Source: Macrostomum lignano | Taxonomy: Eukaryota | Direction: 5' to 3' | DNA length: 64,000 nt | Assembly (NCBI GenBank): GCA_002269645.1 | Contig: NIVC01001895.1 | Location: 160,109-224,108 of the forward strand | In this document: piece by piece, positions 1-11,851 of the stretch | Layout of the letters: each line of letters opens with the position of its first letter | Numbering within the stretch: position 1 is the first letter of the stretch | The notes under the pieces: generated by a model | Told to the model about the DNA's origin: nothing | What the model saw: the letters and a program-made list of their open reading frames with translations, nothing else | Database searches by the model: none | Program-made: the position numbers and the translations under genes

Positions 1-375
1 ATTATTGATTCTATGGCTTGATGACTTGATTATTGATTCTATGGCTTGATGACTTGATTATTGATTCTATGGCTTGATGACTTGATTATTGATTCTATGG
101 CTTGATGACTTGATTATTGATTCTATGGCTTGAAGACTTGATTATTGATTCTATGGCTTGATGACTTGATTATTGATTTTATGGCTTGATGACTTGATTA
201 TTGATTCTATGGCTTGATGACTTGATTATTGATTCTATGGCTTGATGACTTGATTATTTTTCTATGGCTTTATGACTTGATTATTGATTCTATGGCTTGA
301 TGACTTGATTATTGATTCTATGGCTTGATGACTTGATTATTGATTCTATGGCTTGATGACTTGATTATTGATTCC
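1..375. repeat. 28-bp minisatellite (ATTATTGATTCTATGGCTTGATGACTTG)n, intronic in the TSR gene
   Basis: Unit repeats in register at 1, 29, 57 and onward, about 13 copies; truncated by the window start. Confidence 0.95.
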
Positions 376-426
376 ATGCCTGGGGAATTGATTATCGAGC
401 TCAATCTGTGAATCTCCGGTCCGCAG

Positions 427-3400
427 TGAGTGGTGGCTGGTGTCCCTGGAGCTCGTGGACCTCCTGGAGCGCCGCCTGCCACGCCGCTCAACGCCTCCGC
501 GGTCGAAGCTGCCGATGCCCGAGTCCGCAGGCTCCTGCCGCCGGGGCCAACTGCGAGGACCGCACAGCCGACGGAGGCGACTCGCAGAACGAGCAGCGCT
601 TCATCGGCTGGTGCGCCTGGGAGGACTGGGCGACCTGGAGCTCAGGTGAGGCTTCAGAGCCGTTTTGAACATCTGTGACCAAACAGTTCGGTAATGAGCT
701 CTCTGTGACCAAACACTTTGCTAGTGAGCTCTCTGTGACCAAACACTTCAGTAGTGAGCTCTCTGTGACCAAACACTTTGGTAGTGAGCTCTCTGTGACC
801 AAACACTTCGGTAGTGAGCTCTCTGTGACCAAACACTTTGGTAGTGAGCTCTCTGTGACCAAACACTTTGGTAGTGAGCTCTCTGTGACCAAACACTTCC
901 GTAGTGAGCTCTCTGTGACCAAACACTTCCGTAGTGAGCTCTCTGTGACCAAACACTTTGCTAGTGAGCTCTCTGTGACCAAACACTTTGCTAGTGACCT
1001 CTCTGTGACCAAACACTTTGCTAGTGAGCTCTCTGTGACCAAACACTTTGCTAGTGAGCTCTCTGTGACCAAACACTTTGCTAGTGACCTCTCTGTGACC
1101 AAACACTTTGGTAGTGAGCTCTCTGTGACCAAACACTTTGGTAGTGAGCTCTCTGTGACCAAACACTTTGGTAGTGAGCTCTCTGTGACCAAACACTTCC
1201 GTAGTGAGCTCTCTGTGACCAAACACTTCCGTAGTGAGCTCTCTGTGACCAAACACTTTGCTAGTGAGCTCTCTGTGACCAAAAACTTTGCTAGTGAGCT
1301 CTCTGTGACCAAACACTTCGCTAGTGAGCTCTCTGTGACCAAACACTTCAGTAGTGAGCTCTCTGTGACCAAACACTTCGCTAGTGAGCTCTCTGTGACC
1401 AAACACTTCGCTAGTGAGCTCTCTGTGACCAAACACTTCAGTAGTGAGCTCTCTGTGACCAAACACTTTGCTAGTGAGCTCCCGAAAAAAGAACTTCGCT
1501 GAAAACTTGCGCAACATTCCAGGTTGCAACTCGAACCAGCAACGCACCAGGGAGAGGAACTGCAGCTGCCCCATCGCTCCGGTAGCGACTCCGTCAACTG
1601 AGGCTTCTCAGACTGCCGCCAGGTTCATGGGCTGGTGCGAGTGGCAGGACTGGAGCACCTGGACTACAGGTGAGCTTAGAGACAAATTCATTGCTTTGAA
1701 GTGAGTTTGGCAAATATTGTCAGTGCTAAACTGAAGTGGCTGGCTTTCTCTGGCTCTTAAAGGTAGCCCTCGCCCAAGACAAGAAGCACATTATAAGCAT
1801 TGTCTACTGTATAAATATCGATAAATTACATGTAGATTCAGGAGTCAGGAGGCCCTTATTTAGAGTTTTTGCTCACAACAGACTTGCTTTTGGCTAAAAA
1901 AAGTAAACGATGGCACTTCAGTTTCACCGAGTGTGGATGACTTCTTAGGTATGTACCATGCAGATAATGCTCACCAGTGCTCAAAAACATTTCTCCAGGC
2001 TGCAACTCGAACCAGCAGCGCACCAGGGTGAGGAGCTGCAGCTGCGTGACCACTGCCGTCGCCACGCCGTCCACTGAGGCTTCTCAAACTGACTCCAGAT
2101 ACATGGGCTGGTGCGCGTGGCAGGGCTGGAGCACCTGGACTACAGGTGAGCTTGAGGATTGTTTGCGTAAAATGCCACAGTCAATCAGGGTTCGTTGTGT
2201 TTTCATTCGAATATCTTTTATTATTCACTGAGACAAGGGTTGAGCAACCTGCTAGAATTTTACTAAATTGCTACTGCAGTACAAAGTAACAGAAAATTAA
2301 AAATTAAAAACGACTGGGTCTCGAATAAGGCCTTTGGTTTGATTTTGCGTTCGTTTACATTAATATGGGGCTTGTATACGAAAATTTCGGTGTTGTGCAA
2401 TTCATACTCATGAAAGCCAATTTTGAAGGCACAGGGAGTGTACATACCTGCAGCCTGCGACGATTAGAAAGCCAGGGTCGCGCTGCGCACCATGTGTGAA
2501 GGTGTGCAGGAGTGCAGTACCTGCGTACAGTATTGCACGCTTTTATGCATGTTCTCAGGAGAACTTGCACAGCGCTGGTTGAGATGACGATGACACTAGA
2601 GGCGTTGCTCTAGCGTGCCCACAGCTCAATTATGAATATTATTATATTACCTTAGGTAGTTGTTTAAAAATTTTGAAACAATTGAAATGCCACACATTCC
2701 AGGCTGCAACTCGAACCAGCAGCGCACCAGGGTGAGGAGCTGCAGCTGCGTCACCACCGCCGTCGCCACGCCGTCCACTGAGGCTTCTCAAACTGACACC
2801 AGATACATGGGCTGGTGCGCGTGGCAGGGCTGGAGCACCTGGACTACAGGTGAGCTTGAGGATTGTGTACCTCTACCACTCTCAGTCAGGGTTTGTTTTG
2901 ACTTCTTGCAAATTGGCTCAAATCCGTATCTGTTAAAGCTTCTGGATTATAAAATTAATTGTTTCACGTAGCTCATGTAATGCGATCACTGGACGTTAAT
3001 ATTGTCGCAGTGATGAGTTGAATTTTTCAAATTCTACAGCCAGAAGGTAATGCTGGATTGCAAATAGATTTTTCGAGGCCAAGCGACCTGCTTAAATTTT
3101 TGTTTAAATTTAGGTTGCAACAAATTGAGGACAAAATTTTGCTAAACCAAGTCAGTGAGATGATCAAATGCCACACATTCCAGGCTGCAACTCGAACCAG
3201 CGGCGCATCAGGACAAGGAGCTGCAGCTGCGTCACCACTGCCGTCGCTACGCCGTCCACTGAGGCTTCTGAAACGGACACCAGATACATGGGTTGGTGCC
3301 AATGGCAGGACTGGAGCACCTGGACTACAGGTGAGCTTGAGAAGTAATAGAACTAATAGAACTCAAACATATGGAGCCTCCGATTTTTTTTTGACCATGT

Positions 3401-3773
3401 GCATTGATAATCCCAGTGTGATAAATCATGATTGCTGTATCGTAGTGTTTTGAGTATCGAGTACTCATAATTGTCATTTTAAGGCTGCAACGTGATTCAG
3501 CGGCGAACGAGGGGTCGAACCTGCGGCTGCATCACCGGCCCTGTCACTTCGCCGTCTACTGAAACTTCTCAAACTAGCACTAGATTCATGGGCTGGTGCC
3601 CCTGGGACTCGTGGAGCAGCTGGTCTGGCTGGTACAAAAGCAACTGTGTCATCCTGTGGAAAAGAAAGAAGCGCACTCGAACCCGAAGCTGTAGCTGCAC
3701 AGTGAGCTACACGTCAAGTCCGTCCACTTCGAACCTTGAGACCGACGAAACTCGCTGCAATTTTAAAGGATAG
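427..3773 (+). CDS. Thrombospondin type-1-like repeat protein, 3' part (5' end outside window)
   Basis: Exons 427-645, 1523-1669, 1999-2145, 2703-2849, 3184-3330, 3484-3773 (TAG). All have AG acceptors and GTGAG donors, all phase 1. The spliced product has repeated WxxWxxW ... CN(S)NQQRTRxRxCxC motifs, the TSR hallmarks (W ladder, RxR, Cys). Confidence 0.85.
672..1481. repeat. 30-bp minisatellite (CTCTGTGACCAAACACTTTGCTAGTGAGCT)n, about 27 copies
   Basis: Near-perfect tandem array filling intron 646-1522; it explains ORFs 488-1597, 654-1574 and 675-1502. Confidence 0.95.
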
Positions 3774-6482
3774 TCACTATTTTGTACAATGGGTCGAATC
3801 ATCTTGAACGAAGACAAAGCGAACATCTGATCGACCGGCTTTCAAGGACTTATTGAACACCCTTTTCCTAAATTTTAGAACTCCTGCTAAAAGTACGTCT
3901 CTCTCCCAGAATATTCGCCGTTAATTTGTCGAATTTATTTTATTCAGACCGATAGGTGCAGCCGTGTCACCGATCTTTCTTTGTGTTACTGACGGCAAAT
4001 TAACATTAGCTACAACTTTTTTGTTTTACATACAACTTTTAGATTATTAATCTTGAATAATTAAAACAAAAGCAAGGCATCAATAAATTAAATTTTTAAT
4101 CGCCTTAAAATCTTTTTTTTCTGAATTATGAACAACAGAAATGACACGCAAACAAACGGTTTTTAACAAAGCACTTTTCGTCCAACCCCAGTAAAACTAT
4201 TCAAATAAGATTATGTAGAAGATTATACATGCCTTTCGAGATATTTATAAAAATAGCTCCTGAAAAAGCTTAATCTCATATAAAACTTAGACAAATAAGT
4301 TTTACGGGATATTATATAATAAATCTTACCAAATAAAATATCTAAGAACGCAAATATTGCCCCGGAAAATATACCTTTTTGCAATAAATTTCGTCGTTTT
4401 TGCGTTCAATTTCGGCGCGAGCGCTAGTGTGCAGTCCAAACAACTGAGCCATAGACACTGGGCAACTTTTGCGTTCAAATTCGGCCTAAAAGGTACATTA
4501 GTATTAATATTTTATAAAATAAAATCTCTTAACTATATACCGTATCATCTACACACTTCCAATTTCCAAGTTCAACTGGAGAACAACACTTAGCTACCAT
4601 AGACAACACACAATAAAACAGAGACAAGCATAGAAACTTATAGCGTATTTACTATATTATAAGTATTGTAGCGTATTTCTATAATATTCTATAACATGCT
4701 TAAATATTCGTATTCTAGAAAGTTCTCCAACTAAACAACGCGCGTACACGGTATAAGATAGCGTACAGTACAATACTTGTATTCTAGAAACTTCGCGTAA
4801 ACACTCACTTGCTATATTTGGTATTTCGAACTCCCGCGCACCCTTTCTAGAAACTACTTCTAGAACTTTCCGGATTCCGGAATGTTCTATTAACACGAAT
4901 ATAAATATACAGCACCCCAACACGCAATTATTCAACTCTCCTCCTTTTCCACACGGAAAACAATCAAAGCAAAACCAAAGTAAACGAACCACCGCGTTTT
5001 ACGTCTCGATTATTTTCGTGATCCTTACAAACTCCCTGACACTGTTTTAACAAAGTATGCATACATCATGAACTTTAACTAAACATTTCGTTCATAAAGT
5101 TATCGTCAGCGTAATACCCCATTTAATTGTTGATGGTGACATTATAGTCCTTGTAGTTGTAATTAAGCTGTCCTTTTGGACGTTTTCTAACCAAAATTGC
5201 ACTCCCTTATTTGGACATCAGATCGTTCGATCGTAGCATCGCATTTAGACACATTTAGGCACATTAGACATCTCTTATTCGCATAGTGGTGTTTTTTGCC
5301 AATAGTCCGGATGGGAAGTCGGCCTTCACCTTACGAGTAGCTGAGTCGGTAGAATCAAAGTAGACAACATTTTTTTGGCTTTACTCTTGTGTAACTAACT
5401 AGCCAACTCAACTGATTTAGTCTTTTGAAACAGGTTTACGGTATAACAAGCAACATTTCTATTCTCTCAACTCGATTGACAGTTGCTCTCTGATCTATTG
5501 TCATAGCGCATGTGTTTCTTTCTTTCTCTAAGGACAAAATTTTATCTATTTGGATATTACAATATTAATATATATTGTAACATAATAATGTTAATATTAA
5601 TATTAACAGATGAAGTCAATATGAATCATCTTCTTCAAGTCGTTAGGTAAAATACTTTATCATTTGCAGTAAGGTTTATATAAAATTCAAAACTTTATCT
5701 GAGATTTCCAGCTAAAATTTATCAAAGTTCCAACTACACTTTACAGCACTTTTCTATAAATTTTTACAGAACTCGGTGGGTACTACGTACAAGGGTACCA
5801 TCTAGATATGTGCAGTTCTATCCATGAGCTGAGGAACCAAGTTGATGCAGACGTCGTCCAACTCAGCAATTCTACTCTTAAGCCTTGACATCTACCCTTA
5901 AGCAATTCCCCCGTAAGCATTAACATCTCCGCAATCCCCCGAAGACTTGACATCTCCACAATTCCCCCCAAGCGCGCGGATACCTATGCAGTCATACGCA
6001 CAGGCACACACTCACACAGGAGTGTACAGCGCCACTAACTTTATTTTCCGTTAGGCATGTACACTTACTTCACTGTGCTTTGGAGGTTGGCCATCAAGGG
6101 CGTTAATTCCACGAGCAGAGCCAAGCCGAGATCCCAATTTAGCCCAAATTGATGTGACTGCACTTGGAATCGAGTCTGGGCCACTGGTACATGTACATCA
6201 GAGCGCCGCGCTAGACCACTAGACCCCAACATATCTATATAGTATCTGCATGTCGATTCTTCAGGTGACAATCTGAGATACTGTCGCAACAACTTACTGA
6301 ACTCCCTTGAGCTTTCAATCAAACAAATTTCCAACTGACTACAACTCAGAGTCTAATTTCTATGGGTAGAAGCGTCGACGCAGTAAGTAAAGTTTAGAAA
6401 GCTACACTTGCATGAATACGCTTTAAAGCTACTGGTAAAATTATTTGAAATTAAAACATTCGTCACAGCATCCCGGAGCATC

Positions 6483-7521
6483 ATGGGCAGCACAATCTCG
6501 CACTTCTATTTCGTTCGTTCAGTCCTGCACTTCATCGGCCACGTTCGTCGCGTGGTGTTCCTCAGGCCCACCCTGCCGCAGGTAGTCGTATCCGAGCTGG
6601 TCTACCAGACCCACCTGGACCGCGATCGCGTCCATCACATGTTTCGCGTGTTCATCTCCTTGGCCCAGGCGAACGGTCGAGTGACGCCGGAGATTCTATC
6701 GGAGAGTCTGCCCGGTTGGTCGACTAATCCGCTGAAGTCCTACCTGAAACGGGCGATTTTCAACGGCTCTGAGGCGGTCACGTTTCCCGAGTTGGTGAAA
6801 CGGGTCGCCCTGTTTTGTCCCGAAAGCCGCTTCAGTCCCGTGGTTAGCGAACTGACCCAGGAGGAAGATGCCAGCTTCTTTGAGGGTGCCGCTAGTAAGA
6901 ATGAGAGGTAAGTAGGTGAGTGACAGTGAGATAATGGGTGCAGTTAATTTGTTAGTTTGCGACATGAGTGAGTACATGGGTGATTGTGTATGAATAAGTT
7001 TTTGAGTAAGGGAAATGATGAGTGATTGAGTTGTCCTGTAATGAGTGAATGACTATAGGAGCTACATGTATTCGTACTTCACAACCATGAGGACCAACCC
7101 CCAAGGCGCAGAGTGTTACATGCCTGCATGACAATTACTCCCGTAGAAAGTTGTAAAAAGATGTGGAATATCCTCACCCAGATTCCAAAGGAAGAGGCTG
7201 CTGATGCTGTTTGACCTGGCCAATCAGCGCAGGAACGGGCAAATCTCCTGCTCCGAGTTGGGCCGCCTAATTCGCTGCCTACTCAAGACTACAATCCCGG
7301 ACGACACTCCGATGATAATTCCGCAAAAGGTGATCACGGAAATTGCTCAAGTTGTCATTATTAGTGTACACGAGAGAAACGAGGCCCATTGCTGGGCTGT
7401 GTGCCGCTCCAAGCAGCGAGAAGCGCTCCTGGCCGAGGAGGAGGCAATTCAAGGCTCCCATCGGATGGTCATCACTCGGGAGATGTTTCTGAGCGAGCTG
7501 AGTAGACAAGATTTCGCTTAA
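6483..7521 (+). CDS. EF-hand protein, NCS/calcineurin-B/CIB-like, probably N-myristoylated, ~254 aa
   Basis: Exon 1 6483-6907 (MGSTISHF...KNE, donor GTAAGT) joins in frame to exon 2 7182-7521 (acceptor CCCAG). N-terminus MGxxxS; EF-hand-like helix-loop-helix LFDLANQRRNGQISCSELGRLI with G6, I8 and E12. Confidence 0.75.
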
Positions 7522-7965
7522 CATACTACTATAGATAAGGCAGATTAATACTTTAGTAGTATCATAGTCGAAGCGTCAAATCTGCACTTTTGGTGTTTCA
7601 TGAACGATTGAAGTTTAAAAATTCTAACTAACTAATCAATCATTTTGACACATTGAAGCCTATCATTAACAATTTGCTATCCCCTGTTAAATTAGTACTG
7701 TTCTCCCCTGGGAAATGTGCGAATTTGTTCTGTACAGCGCAATCCGCCGTCCGCTGGCAAATATGTAATTTTACATTGCACCGACATTCAGCCAACGGGA
7801 CCGGCGTTGCTGCCGTTCGGATTGCTGTACTGCACTACATTTACGGGTGTACCTCCCGGTTGTAAAAGTTCTCTCTGTTTTGGAACTCCCGTCCAAGCCG
7901 TAAAAGTTTCATGTATTTTAGACTTTATGCAGTACATACAGTAGATGTATGTGGCATGATTCAAG

Positions 7966-8900
7966 TGAAGTAGACGCCGTTAGCTTCCCAGTTTAGGCCC
8001 TTAAGTTCACCTTAAGTCTCGAGCCTCTTCTGTGGGAAGTCTTCTTAGCTCTTAGTAGCGTAGGTAGTGCTGCCACCAGTTCCTTCAGGTCTCGGCCTTC
8101 GGTGAGGTGAGCTTCCCGTCGGAACGAAATAAAGAAGTCAACGAACTCAGCACCGTGTGCAGATTTGCAGCTCAACGTGCAGGGCGTCTCGTCAGCAGAT
8201 CCTGCCGGGCTTGGTGAGTGGATGGGAGGGCTGTGTTAGCCTCTCGTAGGCTCGGGGTTGGCTTTAGATGGGTCTCAGTCAGGCCAATAGCAGAGAACTC
8301 AATGTACGCAGACAGAGAACGGGCGTTCAATCTCAGACAAGGGCTCACACAGGATCTTGGAAGACGAAACTCGCACGAAAGACTATGTCTCGGAAAACCA
8401 GTTGACGGAAACAAGGGGGAGAGGGGTCCTATTTATAGCAGCGCTCACCAGACCTCGTGACTTGTTCTATTTTTAGAATTGACGTCACTTGAGGTCTCCG
8501 GGCAGAGTGCACCAGGCTGTGACTCAGTATCTATTTTTAGAAAGATGAGTCGACCACTCCTCTCCTTAGAGAAGGGAAGGGCCTTAGGCACGTGATTCTC
8601 CCGGTAAGCAGGACCAGCGCGAGTGCAGTAAACATGTTTACTACACTTTAGGACTCCAAGAAGCAAGACCTGTCATGTGACTTGCTCAACCAAACAAGGA
8701 CAGCCCACAGCAGAGGAGCTGAAGGCCGAGAACAATAAAGGCACAGGAAACGAACAGAAGGGAGAGAAGGGGCAGCAAACAGGCAGCCAAAAGGGAAGCG
8801 GGAAGCTGACCAGCGGCAGACAGCAACCCAGGGCAAGAACAAGGGTGAGGGGACTGCTGACAAAGGGGGACGCCTTACACTAAACTAGCGGCTCACTACA
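7966..8900. mobile_element. Solo LTR, Gypsy-like, 935 bp
   Basis: Starts TG (TGAAGT) and ends CA (ACTACA), an imperfect inverted end. Flanked by 4-bp direct repeat CAAG at 7962-7965 and 8901-8904. GC-richer than its flanks; TATAAATA on the minus strand at 8430-8437; no coding domain. Confidence 0.65.
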
Positions 8901-10454
8901 CAAGTAAGAGAGAGTATTACTTATTGGCGCAAAATGTGCAAATGTCGACATTTTCCAAAAGTAAAACTGTACATATTGACTAATTCACATCTACGCATAT
9001 GCATTTCACTGTGTGCACGACACGAGCGTAAAGACGACCGTGAACAATTCGATTAATTCAGCACCCGTCACTACAGAGACGGTGTATGTACAGTCAAATT
9101 ATTGTCGCCCCTAGCTATTTGAGTTCATTCAAAGTATACATGTAAATTACCGGGCTGAGGGCAAAAAGCTAAGGGCGCCTGGGATATAATAAGCTTATCA
9201 TTCCAGTGGGTAAGCCACGGTTGAATCAACCGGATGGCACTGTTGAGGCCATTGATCGTTGCTTCTCATCGAAGAATTACCCGTTACATGTACGTGTTGT
9301 TCCGTGAAACAACGTTGGGCCAGCGATGGGTCTCGATGGTTGAACTACATGCAAATCGACGCTCTTAAGGCTCTTATAATAATCGGGAGTCCCAGCTCTT
9401 TATATGCATCAGTCTCTCGGCTGCTATTTAATTAGGGTATATTAGGGTATATTTTGATCACCGAAACAAATACAGTACATTTAGTATCTGTGGGGAGGAC
9501 TCAGTCTTAGTCTTAGTGGTTCTCCGCTTGTGGAGCTAGTTCTACAAAGCATGCACCGCGTAAAATTAAATTATCGGGTCGAGTAAAGAAACATACTTTC
9601 TTAATTTTATAAAATGTGTTAACAACGTAAAGCGAAAACACTATAAATTTTGCTTATTAAAAGCCTAGTTTTGTTCTACTGTTGTTCTACTGGTTTCTTG
9701 GAATACGCCAAATTTTACACGCGCAGTGGATCAGGTCATGTATAATGTACTGTACTGAGTACTGGGCGACTGGCCAATGGTTCAATGCCAAGGGGACTTG
9801 ACAAAACGTAGTTCTTAGACCTTTTTCAGTTTCCTGCAAACTCATTTATTTACTCACTGAACTTAAAAGTTACCAGGTCCAATTGACTCCTATCTACATG
9901 TCATACAACGTCGACAGTCGACATAACATAACTATATTTAGCTCTAACACTAAGAAACATCAGATAACTTTATTCGATTTTCGAATTCTGCTGTGCCAAA
10001 AAGAACTTAAAGAACTGGGACAAATAAACCATAAAGTTCAACTTAATTTCCTCGTATGTAACTGTGTAGACCTCGACACATTCATAGATATATTATATTA
10101 TACAATAATATAGGCCCTAGGGCTAGGGCCTCAGTCGACAGTCTAAGGCTATAGCAGTAAGCAGTTATGTAGGTACTTATGTAGGCCTATGACTGTGTCT
10201 TAGGCCTATGTAGAAGTATTTTTTCATGTAGGCCTAGTTTATGTAGTCTGTAGATATTTGATATTTGATAATGATAGGCCTAGGCCTACAGGCTAGGCCC
10301 CTACATTTTCATTTTTTGTCATTTTGCAATTTTTTCAACAAATCATTTTTGTCATTTTTGTCACAGAAAAATATCTATCTTGCCTTTGTTTTTATTGTAG
10401 GCCTATGGTTATGGATTAGGTTGTGGGCAATGTAGGATGATAATTACAAACTAT

Positions 10455-10566
10455 GGCTATCCTGTAGTTTTGCACGTTAAATTATTTTATGGAATTATTT
10501 CGCCCTCTATTCAAGGGTGGTGGGGGGTGGGGGTAATAATTTAACGTGCGAAACTACAGGATAGCC
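10455..10566. mobile_element. 112-bp MITE with 32-bp TIRs and 8-bp TSD
   Basis: TIR GGCTATCCTGTAGTTT(T/C)GCACGTTAAATTATT at 10455-10486 and 10535-10566 (1 mismatch); TSD CAAACTAT at 10447-10454 and 10567-10574. Confidence 0.85.
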
Positions 10567-10743
10567 CAAACTATGTGAAGTGAATGTGAGTTTGCTATAC
10601 TATATTGCTACATGTATGTTTTTAATTAAATACTTTTTTGTTTTAAAACATGATACTTATAGTTATAGAAAGTTAAAATACTAATACAAATAAATTAGAA
10701 AACAACTTTTAATATACTAAATTATAGGCCCCCTATCCACGGT

Positions 10744-11010
10744 CCCTATTGCAGCCAAGGTCTGAACTGCGCCGGACGCCCCCCTTTCCCGCGCCAGACA
10801 TCTACCCGTACTGCGCCAGGGCCAGTCCCCAGGATCAGTGATTTGGTTCAATTAGTCAGTCAATGGCTCGCCGCGCGCCGCGTGCCGCCGCCACACGTCA
10901 CGCCACCGCGCGCCGCCGCCACGCGCCGCGCCGCCGCCGCGTGCCACGCCGCCGCCAGGCCAATCCGCGCCGGACGCCGTCCACGAAAATGGCCATTGGC
11001 TGCAATAGGG
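10744..11010. mobile_element. 267-bp GC-rich MITE with 15-bp TIRs and 8-bp TSD
   Basis: TIR CCCTATTGCAGCCAA / TTGGCTGCAATAGGG; TSD TCCACGGT at 10736-10743 and 11011-11018. Confidence 0.85.
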
Positions 11011-11851
11011 TCCACGGTTCGGATCGTGTAGTAGTGTACACCAGAACAAGAATCCTATCTCAGCTAAATGTATGCCAGTGTATGCCAAAAACAAAAAAAA
11101 TTCCCTAATATGTATGCCAAAAATTCCTCCTAAAAAGTCATTTGGTTTTCACGAGTAGAGTTTTCTAAGAAAGGCTTTCGTACAAAAATTCTTTCAAATA
11201 TTACAAATATTTTCATTTTAAACAAACTTAAATTAAACCTACCAAAAAAAGAATGCAAAATTTACATTCTTAGCAATAATTTACACAAGTTTTATTCATT
11301 GTTAATTTTAAAAAAGCTAAAAGTTTATCACTCACTTTCTAGACTATATAAATTTTCCTTCATTTTATGTAAAAACTAAAAAGGGTTAATTAAAATTACA
11401 ATTTTTATACACAGCATGAATTTATTCACCAAAATTGGTATGCCAAAAATTTCTTGAGCTCAAAGTGGTATGCCAAAGTGGTACGCCAAAATAGCCAAAC
11501 TTTTCAATGGTACGCCAGAAAATTCCTGTTTACATGTAATAACCTTCCTGAGTATGGCCCCCTATCTATTACACAAGGGAAAAAGAATTTAAAACATGAG
11601 TTAAAGCAAAAAATGCTAAAGAAATGCTTATCTATTAGGCCTATAGTCTTATATTTTAGGCCTATTATAGACTTTTTAGGCTTAGTTAGCCTACAAAGGT
11701 TTTGGAAATTCTAGCTATATTAATTTTTTTATTAATAGAGATTGGTGATAAAGGTTACCCTATTGAAATAAGTTTCAAAAACCTGCGGACATGCAACACA
11801 GGTGCCAAAATTATGTCCTCAAAAGCGCGACGCAATACCAAATTTTGTTGA

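Noticed and set aside
1-1481. Regular 28-30-bp repeats resembling CRISPR arrays
   Set aside because: Units are head to tail with no unique spacers; no cas genes; eukaryotic context. The same applies to all other arrays.
488-1597. Long ORFs (369, 306, 275 aa) with KCLVTESSL, FGHRELT and SELSVTKHF repeats
   Set aside because: Translations of a 30-bp intronic minisatellite that is open in several frames; it lies between splice sites of the TSR gene.
4657-6334. Minus-strand ORFs (4657-4992, 5783-5971, 6065-6334) with some splice-like signals, divergent from the EF-hand gene
   Set aside because: No consistent spliced reading frame or recognisable domain could be built; at most a non-coding transcript, which cannot be supported from sequence alone.
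9027-9036. CGTAAAGACG, resembling the start of a flatworm spliced-leader as I recall it
   Set aside because: Only 10 nt match; no continuation, donor or Sm site.
10727-11567. 11-bp direct repeat GGCCCCCTATC at 10727 and 11557 as a possible TSD
   Set aside because: No terminal inverted repeats or other element hallmarks between them.
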